Assembly: GCA_964410945.1 (NCBI GenBank)
Contig: CAYPJE010000014.1
Span: 994 to 64,993 of the forward strand
Source: an uncultured bacterium
GTDB taxonomy: Bacteria > Fidelibacterota > Marinisomatia > Marinisomatales > TCS56
DNA: 64,000 nucleotides
Direction: 5' to 3'
The first letter of the stretch is position 1, and every line of letters starts with the position of its first letter. This document shows positions 18,712 through 27,389 of this stretch, piece after piece. The position numbers were made by a program, and so were the translations under genes. The notes under the pieces are model-generated. The model saw only the letters and a program-made list of their open reading frames with translations. It was not told the DNA's origin and ran no database searches.

Positions 18712-21681
18712 TTAATCCTCCCACTCTGGGCACAGCAGGGCCTTGAAATCACACCAGTCACAGTGGCGGCCCTTCCGGTGGCCGAATTCCTTTCCTTTGA
18801 TCCCATCGACCACAGTGCCGATCTTGGCCTTAAATCCTTCCAGCTCATCCAATGTGAAACCATGGCTGTGTTCCGGATCGTCTTCCTGCAGATAGAGCAG
18901 ACTGGCTGCTTCAGGTAAGCCTTTGGGTTCCTTCTCAGTCTGTTGTGCCAGATATATGCAATAGACCGCCAGCTGGAGACTTTTCTCCGGTTTTTCATTG
19001 GCCCGTCCGGTCTTGTAATCGACCACTTTCAGGCCTGATCCCAATTGGTCGATGCGGTCAATTTTACCACGGATCGTACAGGATTCCAGGTCGAAGTTGA
19101 AGCTGTATTCGGTGTGTAAGACATTGGCAGGATTGGTTGCATTATACTGATGATAACGCTTCAGCATTTCGATTCCCCGTTCCTTGAAGCTGGTCTCACG
19201 GGATTCATAATCAAAGCCTTCCGAGTACCAGAATCGTTCCAGTAAATCCAATAATTCTGCTTCCGTCGATAACGTATCTTTATGGAAATGTTCCAATACC
19301 TGGTGGATTATATTTCCGAAGACCAGCTGTGGCTTATCACCGGTCTCGGGGATATTGTCAATATAGGCCAGGCGATATTTCAAGGGACATTGATCATAGG
19401 TTTCGATAGCGCTGGCCGAGAGTTTCAAGTGGCCGGGAATCTCCAGCGGGGGGAGTGCCATCATTTTTTCCTGTAACTCAAGTTCCCAGTTTGAGCCGGT
19501 CCAGGTAATTGCCTGTTTTTTGGCTAACGCCGTCAGCCGTTCCAGAGCACTCACCAGATCCCGGGCCAGCGGATACTGATCCTGCGCCAGCGCTTCGGTC
19601 AGGCGCTGCTCGTACTCAATTCTAAGATCGTTATAATCAGTTTTTTTTTCATTAACCGGTTTGTCAGTCATTTTGGTAGTCCTGATAAGATTGTCAGGGA
19701 TTTCCTTTACGAAGGGTGAGGTTCGCTTCTCCGGTGCCAGTATCAGCAGTTCATCCTGGGCCCGGGTGAGAGCCACGTAGAACAGGCGTCGTTCCTCCTG
19801 TCGGTGACGCTCACGGGGATCGAGCTTATGGAGATCTTTGACCTTCAATAATTCCGGGGGGGGCGAATCGATATATTTATTCTTCCGATAATTAAGGGGA
19901 AAACGCTGGGTCTGGTTATAAGGAATGATTACAGCCGGATATTCCAGGCCTTTGGCTTTGTGGATCGTTTGAACCAGTACCGCGGGAACAGTGGATTTTT
20001 TTGGTTCCCGGGCGGCAACTGCCCCTGCTTTCCTTAGTGTTTCCATATAACGGGTGAAACTAAGCAACGAATTATTAGCCGGGTGGCGACGATTGAAATC
20101 CAGTGCCCGTGATATAAAGTCACCGGCATTGACCAGCGCTACCTGGTCCTGGTATTCATATTTATTGACTAAAGGTCGCAGCAGACCGGTCCGGGTGCAG
20201 ATTAACGGGATAAGCTCGGCGGTTGTTTTTTTCAATCGGAGGGTTTGATCTCGGAGATAATCGATTTTGTCAAATAGACCATCGAGGATTTTATAACCGG
20301 AATTCTTCCTGATGGCATCGATCCGGCTGGTATAGTCACGCCGGGAAAAGGGCTGATACAGGGTTCGAGCCTCACCAGGCCCAAGGGTATTGGTCAGCAG
20401 GCGGTAGAAGCCCTGGTCGGCCTGCGGACTGTTAGTAACTACCTGGCACCAGGCCAACAGATCCCTGATAACCGGCAGCTCAAAATATTCCGAAACAAAT
20501 ACATTGATGGGAATTCGAGCCTGTTGCAGTTGGCGGGCGGCTTCTTTAACCTGGTTTTTTGTCCGGCACAGAACAGTCATTTCATTGAGCTGATATCCGT
20601 GCTGGAGTAATTCTTTTACACGCTCGGGCAAGCTTTCATTCTGCTGGGAAGTCGATCCTTGGAACAGGTGCGGTTTATTGCCGGTTGTTCTTTCTGGATT
20701 AACCAGTATTTTTTCCAGCCGGCCAATGTTATTTGCAATGACGGCATTAGCCGCATCCAGGATCGGCTGGGAGGAACGGTAGTTTTCCACCAGGTTGATT
20801 TCATTATAGTCTGGATGCTTGCTGTAACGCTGGCGGAAATCGGCAATATTATAGGCGCTGGCACCTCGAAAACTGAAAATAACCTGATCATCGTCACCGA
20901 CCACGGTGATGCTTTGGCGTTTACCTCCCAAGTGGTTGATGACCTCATTCAGGGCAAAATTATTATCCTGGAATTCATCGATAATCAGATTCTGGAAACG
21001 TTGTTGCAGTTTTTCCAGTACTGTATCATCCAGCATTAATTCATAGCACTGTTGAATCATATCGCCATAATCCACCAGGCCATCGGCATGTTTCCATTCC
21101 CGGTATTTACTGGCCACGCGAATTAAATCTGCGGTTTGTGCCGCCCGCTCAATTTCAGCCGGATCGTCACCCGATTCCGGTTCCGAATACGTTTTCAGAT
21201 CGACTAACTCATCACGGATCCGATTGAGAAAGGGAATGAATGATCTGGTTACCGCCTGAACCGGATCGGCGGCGAATTCCTTGGACTTGAGGGGACCTAA
21301 TTCATCGAACCGGTTCAAGAGCATGAAAATGGCATCGCCTTCTTCGATCAGGATCGGCTGTTGTTCAGGCCGGTATCCGAATTCCTTCACCACTGAATAG
21401 CAGAAAGCATGAAAGGTGCCTACCGTCAATTCTTCGGCTGACGAACCAACCTCCGCCACAATCCGGGACTTCAATTCTTCGGCCGCTTTTTCCGTATAGG
21501 TGATTGCCAGGATTGATCCGGGCTCTATTCCGTGTTTTTCAATTAAATATACAATACGGTGGATTAAAGTGGTTGTTTTTCCGGTTCCGGCCCCGGCTAC
21601 AATCATCAATGGCGCCGGCGGGTGGGTGATGGCGTCGGTCTGAGCCTGATTGGCTTTGAATTCTCCCCGGCAATATTCCAT
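18712..21681 (-). CDS. UvrD/PcrA-type helicase fused to Cas4/AddB-like PD-(D/E)XK Fe-S nuclease
   Basis: Walker A AGAGTGKTT, DEFQD box and VGDDDQ. C-terminal nuclease QCPLKY...GKIDRID...VVDYKTG...CDWCDFKALLC (four-Cys cluster). Confidence 0.85.
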   Translation of the reverse strand: MEYCRGEFKANQAQTDAITHPPAPLMIVAGAGTGKTTTLIHRIVYLIEKHGIEPGSILAITYTEKAAEELKSRIVAEVGSSAEELTVGTFHAFCYSVVKEFGYRPEQQPILIEEGDAIFMLLNRFDELGPLKSKEFAADPVQAVTRSFIPFLNRIRDELVDLKTYSEPESGDDPAEIERAAQTADLIRVASKYREWKHADGLVDYGDMIQQCYELMLDDTVLEKLQQRFQNLIIDEFQDNNFALNEVINHLGGKRQSITVVGDDDQVIFSFRGASAYNIADFRQRYSKHPDYNEINLVENYRSSQPILDAANAVIANNIGRLEKILVNPERTTGNKPHLFQGSTSQQNESLPERVKELLQHGYQLNEMTVLCRTKNQVKEAARQLQQARIPINVFVSEYFELPVIRDLLAWCQVVTNSPQADQGFYRLLTNTLGPGEARTLYQPFSRRDYTSRIDAIRKNSGYKILDGLFDKIDYLRDQTLRLKKTTAELIPLICTRTGLLRPLVNKYEYQDQVALVNAGDFISRALDFNRRHPANNSLLSFTRYMETLRKAGAVAAREPKKSTVPAVLVQTIHKAKGLEYPAVIIPYNQTQRFPLNYRKNKYIDSPPPELLKVKDLHKLDPRERHRQEERRLFYVALTRAQDELLILAPEKRTSPFVKEIPDNLIRTTKMTDKPVNEKKTDYNDLRIEYEQRLTEALAQDQYPLARDLVSALERLTALAKKQAITWTGSNWELELQEKMMALPPLEIPGHLKLSASAIETYDQCPLKYRLAYIDNIPETGDKPQLVFGNIIHQVLEHFHKDTLSTEAELLDLLERFWYSEGFDYESRETSFKERGIEMLKRYHQYNATNPANVLHTEYSFNFDLESCTIRGKIDRIDQLGSGLKVVDYKTGRANEKPEKSLQLAVYCIYLAQQTEKEPKGLPEAASLLYLQEDDPEHSHGFTLDELEGFKAKIGTVVDGIKGKEFGHRKGRHCDWCDFKALLCPEWED

Positions 21682-21860
21682 GAGTAAAATTAAGCTAATT
21701 CGGCGACGGGAGGAATTGGTTTATTTATCGGATGTCAAAGTGTTCAGGTTTTCGGGTGTTCGAATGTTCACAGGCATAGATGTCTGACGGGTTTTATATT
21801 ATTATTGCTTGAAGGATAAGAACCCGGAAAACAGGGAGGGATATAAATATGGGCTAACAC

Positions 21861-21980
21861 TTGAACTGAGACTCGCCAAAAACAAAAACGCCGATATTGC
21901 AGGACTTACAGGTTAAGTGGTGTAAATAAAAATGAGACTCGCTCGGGAATATACGCGGATAATGAGACTGGAACGGGAAC
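21861..21980 (+). repeat. Left-end cluster of putative transposase-binding sites (L1-L3)
   Basis: (C/A)TGAGACT cores at 21866-21873, 21932-21939 and 21962-21969. L2 and L3 share ATGAGACTsGnnCGGGAAyATA. Confidence 0.55.
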
Positions 21981-22066
21981 ATAATCAGGCGAATTCGCAT
22001 TAATATTTAAAAATTAGTGGGGGTCTATTGAATTTCTTTTTAAGCAATTCTGACATATTGGCATTG

Positions 22067-22234
22067 TCATTTTTCAAGATGATAAATCCTGGCTTTGAGT
22101 CCGTGGCGAATGTGCCTTAATTCTTGATTGATATCGTACATCATCCAGGATATATATATAAGCAGTATAATGTTCATTATTAATAAAATATATTTCAGTT
22201 TTTCAAGTAGCGATGAACCCGGTGTAGCAGTCAT
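22067..22234 (-). CDS. Small membrane protein (55 aa), below the ORF-track cutoff
   Basis: ATG at 22232-22234 preceded by AAGGAGAG. Translation MTATPGSSLLEKLKYILLIMNIILLIYISWMMYDINQELRHIRHGLKARIYHLEK with one TM segment. It lies downstream of the repressor on the same strand. Confidence 0.4.
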   Translation of the reverse strand: MTATPGSSLLEKLKYILLIMNIILLIYISWMMYDINQELRHIRHGLKARIYHLEK

Positions 22235-22336
22235 ATATACTCTCCTTATATTATATATAGCCGGGGGAATCTGACATGTTATAACCCGATTTAATCCCCA
22301 TTCAAATACAGTTTCAATTCGATTTAAACGTCCCAG

Positions 22337-22669
22337 CTACCCAGGGTCAAGACCTGGATTAGTACGTCTTCGGCGATCTGCGTCCATTTCTTCAAGACGC
22401 TCATCAATTTTTTTTAGCTCAGTTTTCAACTTAAGCAGCTCGTCATCATTATTGTCTAGAATCATTTTCCCCTCACCGGTAATTAACCAATTGAGGTTCA
22501 AATTATACTCTTGGGCTAAGAAGGATAATTTGCTGATTGGAATATCAGTTTGGCCGGATTCATATCTTTTATACATCGAGAGGGATGTGTGCATTTTTAA
22601 TGCTATGTCGGATTGTATAAGTCCAGCATATGAGCGAAAATCTTTAATATTATCACTAATAAGGCTCAT
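22337..22669 (-). CDS. XRE/CI-type HTH repressor (functional analogue of Mu c)
   Basis: HTH_3-like segment AGLIQSDIALKMHTSLSMYKRYESGQTDIPISKLSFLAQEYNLNLNWLITGEG. It is transcribed toward the left end, divergent from the early operon. Confidence 0.75.
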   Translation of the reverse strand: MSLISDNIKDFRSYAGLIQSDIALKMHTSLSMYKRYESGQTDIPISKLSFLAQEYNLNLNWLITGEGKMILDNNDDELLKLKTELKKIDERLEEMDADRRRRTNPGLDPG

Positions 22670-22690
22670 ATATTATACTTTTCCACTTGC

Positions 22691-22710
22691 ATAGCCAATA
22701 TGTTGGCTAT
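22691..22710. promoter_or_regulatory. Candidate operator palindrome
   Basis: Inverted repeat ATAGCCAA-TATG-TTGGCTAT, with perfect 8-bp arms, starting 22 nt upstream of the repressor start codon. Confidence 0.45.
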
Positions 22711-22990
22711 ATATTCACTAAGCATTCATGGGTGAATGAGTTGATAAAACAATCAAAAATAATCCAATTTTCATACAATAAACTTGATAGTGGCCGGTCC
22801 TTGGTCAATCCCTGGAATTTCATTCACCCAATCATCTCACCATCATTCAGGCAGGACCCAGGGACCGGACCGCTATTCAGTATTGTATAGCGGATCATGT
22901 CGGTTTATCAACTAAAGGTATCTCACCACCTTTATGAGTCTACCACTCATTTAATCTATAAAAACTTAACAATCCAACCGGGTGCGAGCA

Positions 22991-23404
22991 ATGGCAAAAA
23001 AGAAAAATAATTTGCCAGACCCAATGCAGGCTACCCTAGATTTTATTTCCGCTAAATACTATACCCCTGAAGTCCTTTCCCTGGCAGTATCAAATTCCCT
23101 GAAAAACTGTTCCTTATCCCGTGATCAAGTGGCCGATCTGTTATCCGCAATGCTTGAGAAACGGGTCACAGTTGAAATGCTAAATCACTATTCCTCAGAA
23201 GCTCACGAACACCAGATGCCAGCAGTGATGATTAAAGCATTCTGCAAAGTTACTCAATCGACCGAAGTAATAGAGCTGTTTCTCAATGATGAGCAGGCAC
23301 TAATCAAGGGGAAGGATGTCACCAGGTTAGAGCTGCTGAAAAAACAGGAAAAACGGGCTCGCCTTGAACTGGAAATAAAGGACCTGGAGGAACAACTGAA
23401 ATGA
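22991..23404 (+). CDS. Hypothetical early protein (first gene of rightward operon)
   Basis: ATG at 22991 (MAKKKNNLPDP). C-terminal coiled coil. The stop overlaps the next start (ATGA). Confidence 0.5.
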   Translation: MAKKKNNLPDPMQATLDFISAKYYTPEVLSLAVSNSLKNCSLSRDQVADLLSAMLEKRVTVEMLNHYSSEAHEHQMPAVMIKAFCKVTQSTEVIELFLNDEQALIKGKDVTRLELLKKQEKRARLELEIKDLEEQLK

Positions 23405-23904
23405 ATAACCCTCTCATATTTGATATTCTCAATTACCAACCACCAGTCTTTTTAGGGCTCAGAATTCTACACATTATCTCTATAATAATAATCACTACAC
23501 TATTTCTAGCTGATAGAAAATTCTTTAAGAGCACGCCCGCTCGTAATTCTCTGTCCTCCGCAAAAACGGTAGTCGGCTATACCTACAACTTATGGTCGGC
23601 TACCGCCCACCTTTGGAAAAGAATTCGCCAGATAGTGGCAATGAACAAATCCCCTGAAAAGCGGAATAAGAAGACCACCGGCCCCCACGATCCCCCTGGG
23701 GCCGGTGGCACCGGTATGACTCCCCGGCAATATCTGGATGCAGGATTTGCTCCATGTAATGGTTGCTCAACTCCGGTTGATGATGGGGGTTGCCCTGAGA
23801 TTGGGGTCTGTCAGCTATGGGCTCAGTGGCAGTTACTGCAGGGACCAAAACAGTACGTAAGAATAAGGACAAATACAGGAATCGAAAATGTCAGAAAATA
23901 CTAA
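23401..23904 (+). CDS. Doubtful ORF; possible small membrane protein
   Basis: ATGA coupling to the upstream gene and an N-terminal TM segment (ILHIISIIIITTLFL) support it. The low-complexity remainder contains an 11-bp GC hairpin. Confidence 0.3.
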   Translation: MNNPLIFDILNYQPPVFLGLRILHIISIIIITTLFLADRKFFKSTPARNSLSSAKTVVGYTYNLWSATAHLWKRIRQIVAMNKSPEKRNKKTTGPHDPPGAGGTGMTPRQYLDAGFAPCNGCSTPVDDGGCPEIGVCQLWAQWQLLQGPKQYVRIRTNTGIENVRKY

Positions 23905-24706
23905 TTCAGCACCCACCGAGGCTCAATTTGAGCCTCGAAATGATATAGTGGATCGTCGTGAAGGCATCGAAACCGAGGCTCAAATTGAGCCTCGTACACC
24001 ATTAATTAACGTTTCTGAAATGGCCGGAGCTATCAAGGCTTTTGAGACCCTTCAATCATTTTCAGGAGTTATGGGCGCTATTCAATTAGCCCTGATCAAT
24101 GAAATGTATCAATCAGGTAAGGTACTTCCTGATGATTTAGTATCTAATTATGGAGGTTCTTTTAAACAGTTTTGTAAGACAATCAATATTCCTCTTGCTA
24201 CCGCCAAACGTCGTGTGGCTGATGTAAGAATTTTCGGGGCTGAAATGCTCCAGCGGGTAGAGGCCATGAACCTGCCTATGAGCACGATTCGCCAGGTGCA
24301 GCAATTCCCTGAATCCAACAAACAGGAAGTATATAAGCTGCTGATGAGTGGGGACGCAGACAGTGGGGCGATTAAGGCTTATATCAGCGACCAGGCTGCA
24401 GAGATAGCCAGGCTCAAGGATGCTGGTGCTCAGGAGAATGCGGAACTGGTCGATACTATCGATAAACAAAAAGAGATAATAGACACCAAGGGCAAAACCG
24501 TTACTGAGCTGAAAAAGGAAAAAACCAACCTTCTTAAATCATATGAAGTGGTTGCCCCGATTTACCGGGCTCAGAGCCTGACCGAAGATTTACTGGCACT
24601 CATCCAACGATATAAAAATTTAAACGAATTAAAGGACCCTCAATTACGCCCATCCCTGTTGGAGTTCCGGGATATGATCAAACAGGAAGCCGATGCTCTG
24701 AAATGA
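23888..24706 (+). CDS. Hypothetical early protein, possible HTH plus coiled coil
   Basis: 272-aa ORF ending in ATGA overlap with the transposase. HTH-like segment FKQFCKTINIPLATAKRRVADV. The N-terminus carries a duplicated TEAQ(F/I)EPR encoded by palindromes. Confidence 0.5.
   Translation: MSENTNSAPTEAQFEPRNDIVDRREGIETEAQIEPRTPLINVSEMAGAIKAFETLQSFSGVMGAIQLALINEMYQSGKVLPDDLVSNYGGSFKQFCKTINIPLATAKRRVADVRIFGAEMLQRVEAMNLPMSTIRQVQQFPESNKQEVYKLLMSGDADSGAIKAYISDQAAEIARLKDAGAQENAELVDTIDKQKEIIDTKGKTVTELKKEKTNLLKSYEVVAPIYRAQSLTEDLLALIQRYKNLNELKDPQLRPSLLEFRDMIKQEADALK
23917..23994. repeat. Two copies of a 21-bp perfect palindrome
   Basis: CGAGGCTCAATTTGAGCCTCG (23917-23937) and CGAGGCTCAAATTGAGCCTCG (23974-23994). 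The arms are 10 bp and the centres are 57 bp apart. Confidence 0.6.
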
Positions 24707-26475
24707 GCGAACTAGTACCAATCGCCAGTGGCCACCAGGCATTAATTGACCAGCGCCGGTCTGGAAAACCAGTCAGCTCCCGTACTGGCAGGTTGGCCAC
24801 CGCAGATAGTGGTCCAAAAACTCTCAAGGTTAAGGATACCGCCAGGCGTATGATTATGGACCATTGGGAAGGTTGGTACGAACGGGAAAAACTGCATTAT
24901 CAGACCAAGCGGAAAGCACTGAAAATCTATTGTGAATTGTATCGCCTCAGAAAATTGAATCTGTCTCCTCAGGTATATGCCAAAGTAAAAAAGGTTGGAA
25001 TATCGACCCTCCAGCGCTGGTTTAAAGAAGCGAAAACAGAAATCCAGGTCAGTGATAACAGCCTCCCCAACGGCAGTTTTGACCTGGACATGAACAATGT
25101 TCTAATGCCCTTTAATACTTCTTTAACCGGAGATCAACAACGGGTGGTATTGAGCATGTTTTTAAACCAGGGGCAACTGGGGATTAAAACGATTGTCGAT
25201 TATATCAACGACCTGGGAACCCTGGGCCAAGTCACATATTCAGCGACCAGGCGTTTCCTGGACAATTTTGAACAGTATAACAAAGATATTGTGTCAATGG
25301 GTCGTCATGGACCTAAGCACTATTATAATAATATTCGAGGCTGGATTGGTCGGGACTGGAATTTACTTGATCCTGATGAGCTGTGGATCGCTGATGGCCA
25401 TAAACTTGATATCATGTTCTATAATCCTGTGACTGGCAAGCCCTATCGTGCAGTCCTGGTGTTATATATGGATGCAGCTTCTCGAAGGGGCTGTGGCTTC
25501 GCCCTACACTGGACTGAGACCACAGATTCCGCGCTCCAGGCCCTGGCCAGCGGGATGGTTTTCTCCGGTGTACCTCAGATGATTTTATTTGATAATGGTA
25601 CTGCTTTTAAAAACGAACGGATGCTTGGGGTTGAACTGGACACCTTGCGGATCGGCGGGGTCCTGGATGAGTTCGGAATCAAACCGATCTGGTCAATACC
25701 AGGTAATCCCAGGTCTAAACCAGTGGAGCGCTTTTTCCGTACCTTGAAAGATCAGTTTTCCCGGATGTGGCCAACCTTCACCGGTGGCGCTCCCCAGTGG
25801 AGACCTGAGAACCTTGATATAGCCGTCAAGGAAGGTAATCTCCCCACCATCGGGGAAGTGCTGCCCTTACTGGTTTCCTGGCTCGATAAGTATAATAACA
25901 CCCCTCACACGGGCCTACCATATTCACGCCCTGATCACCGACATTTAACACCCAATGAAGTCTATCACCAGGTCAAGCATTTAACCCTCCAGATCGATGA
26001 TATCCGTTCCTGCATGCGTAAGGCTTATACCTGTAAGATTCGACGGAATGGTGTAAAAATCAATAAGACCTGGTATACCAATTTCAAGTGGGTCCCCAAA
26101 TTTGTAGGTAACGGTAGAACTTACCTGGCTTATATCAATGATTTTGATCCCTCCCAGGTTGATATCTACGATAAGGATAATTACTTATTCACCTGCTGGC
26201 CAATCGATGATGTACATCCCCTGGCACAGCTCAGTGATGAAGGCCGGAAACAACTTAGTGAACGCATGGAATTACTGGGGGTATCCTCTAAAGAAACCAA
26301 GAATTCGTTGGCTCAGATTAACAAACACCTGCCAGCCGAAATGAATATCAACCAACTGATTAAAACAACCGATCCACAACTCCTGCAGGACCGCCTGGAC
26401 TTCAACGATCAGCCCGTGGAGGAAGACCAGGAAGCACTGGAAAGGGATGAGCATCAAGTGGATTGGGACTACTAA
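24703..26475 (+). CDS. DDE transposase, MuA-like (rve core)
   Basis: DDE triad contexts WIADGHKLD, ILFDNGTAFKN and GNPRSKPVERFFRTLKDQ. 590 aa. It lies directly upstream of the AAA+ helper. Confidence 0.9.
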   Translation: MSELVPIASGHQALIDQRRSGKPVSSRTGRLATADSGPKTLKVKDTARRMIMDHWEGWYEREKLHYQTKRKALKIYCELYRLRKLNLSPQVYAKVKKVGISTLQRWFKEAKTEIQVSDNSLPNGSFDLDMNNVLMPFNTSLTGDQQRVVLSMFLNQGQLGIKTIVDYINDLGTLGQVTYSATRRFLDNFEQYNKDIVSMGRHGPKHYYNNIRGWIGRDWNLLDPDELWIADGHKLDIMFYNPVTGKPYRAVLVLYMDAASRRGCGFALHWTETTDSALQALASGMVFSGVPQMILFDNGTAFKNERMLGVELDTLRIGGVLDEFGIKPIWSIPGNPRSKPVERFFRTLKDQFSRMWPTFTGGAPQWRPENLDIAVKEGNLPTIGEVLPLLVSWLDKYNNTPHTGLPYSRPDHRHLTPNEVYHQVKHLTLQIDDIRSCMRKAYTCKIRRNGVKINKTWYTNFKWVPKFVGNGRTYLAYINDFDPSQVDIYDKDNYLFTCWPIDDVHPLAQLSDEGRKQLSERMELLGVSSKETKNSLAQINKHLPAEMNINQLIKTTDPQLLQDRLDFNDQPVEEDQEALERDEHQVDWDY

Positions 26476-26486
26476 AAGGAGCAATA

Positions 26487-27389
26487 ATGAGCGAACACGT
26501 GACAGCAGTTACCAATAAACTGAAACAGTACATGGAGGAACACCCGTCTGTTAAACAGGCCCGAATAGCTGAGGCAGTTGGCAAGTCAGCCGGTGCCATT
26601 TCTTCATTCCTGAAAGGTGAATACAAAGGGGATAATGAGAGCCTGGCCACCAGTATAGACAAGGTAATATCCACCTGGATAGAAAATGAGAAAAAAGGCT
26701 TTTTCCTGGAAACACAAAAAACCATTACCTATCGGAAGATACAGGGAACTCTGGAGCGCTCCAGAAGATTCCCGGGGATCACGGTTATTGTAGGGGATAA
26801 CGGGGTCGGTAAAACCCATACGATCAAGGATTACATCACTAAGACCAATGATATTCTGATCGAATCCCACCAGGGCTTTACCTGCAAAGCATTATGCCAG
26901 CAGATATGCCGACACCTTCGGTTAGCCGAGACCTGGTTCCTGGACAGCATGATTGACCAGATTCTAACCAAGGCACCCGAGATACTACTCATTATCGATG
27001 AAGCTGAGAACCTGCCGATCAAAACCCTGGACCTGGCACGACGTATCCATGACCGTAGTAAGCTGAACCTGGTATTACTGGGAAGCCACGATCTGTACAG
27101 GGCTCTTAATTCCCGGCGTACAACCCACAAATACATTGTTGGCCGTCCTGATATTTTTGAGGAACTGGGTAATCTGGAGCTGCAGGAAATCTACCAGATA
27201 TTTGACGATATTTCGCTCACAGTAGCCGATAAAGCCCGGGAGCTTATTGTTCAGTTAAGTCAGAATAATTTCCGCATTCTGGACAATTTACTGCGGGTCT
27301 GTTACGATTTCTGCAAGGCCCATAATACCGACACGATCACCCCTACAATTGTCAACAGTGCCAAGAGAAAGATTCTGATCCTTTCATGA
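26487..27389 (+). CDS. MuB-like AAA+ transposition helper ATPase
   Basis: N-terminal HTH QARIAEAVGKSAGAISSFLKG. Walker A GDNGVGKT and Walker B LLIIDEAENL. AAAGGAG lies upstream of the ATG at 26487. Confidence 0.8.
   Translation: MSEHVTAVTNKLKQYMEEHPSVKQARIAEAVGKSAGAISSFLKGEYKGDNESLATSIDKVISTWIENEKKGFFLETQKTITYRKIQGTLERSRRFPGITVIVGDNGVGKTHTIKDYITKTNDILIESHQGFTCKALCQQICRHLRLAETWFLDSMIDQILTKAPEILLIIDEAENLPIKTLDLARRIHDRSKLNLVLLGSHDLYRALNSRRTTHKYIVGRPDIFEELGNLELQEIYQIFDDISLTVADKARELIVQLSQNNFRILDNLLRVCYDFCKAHNTDTITPTIVNSAKRKILILS

Noticed and set aside
18705-18998. 97-aa ORF overlapping the 3' end of the helicase-nuclease
   Set aside because: It is an out-of-frame overlap with the conserved Cas4-like nuclease region, with an Arg/Ser-rich translation and no RBS.
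21741-21770. Three (G/A)TGTTC(A/G) direct repeats upstream of the helicase-nuclease start
   Set aside because: The heptamer-scale repeats have irregular spacing (16 and 8 nt) and are too short to distinguish from chance without comparative data.
21844-21850. TAAAT on the left flank (21844-21848) and on the right flank (52187-52191), considered as a possible target-site duplication
   Set aside because: Using it requires termini that lack the TG/CA dinucleotides and are 2 nt out of register. The pentamer is expected by chance in such AT-rich flanks.
21866-21969. Spaced ATGAGACT repeats, considered as a possible CRISPR-like or tandem array
   Set aside because: There are only three copies with irregular spacing (66 and 30 bp). 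They sit at a transposable-phage terminus and match an inverted copy at the other end, so they are transposase-binding sites, not CRISPR.
22687-22890. 67-aa plus-strand ORF in the repressor/early switch region, considered as a possible Ner/Cro gene
   Set aside because: It has a non-ATG start, no SD and no HTH-like segment. The region is better explained by operator dyads. A 37-aa ATG ORF at 22897 was also unconvincing.
25193-25432. 79-aa and other short alternative-frame ORFs inside the transposase, tape measure and pnt genes
   Set aside because: They are embedded in genes with clear family motifs and have no independent start signals.
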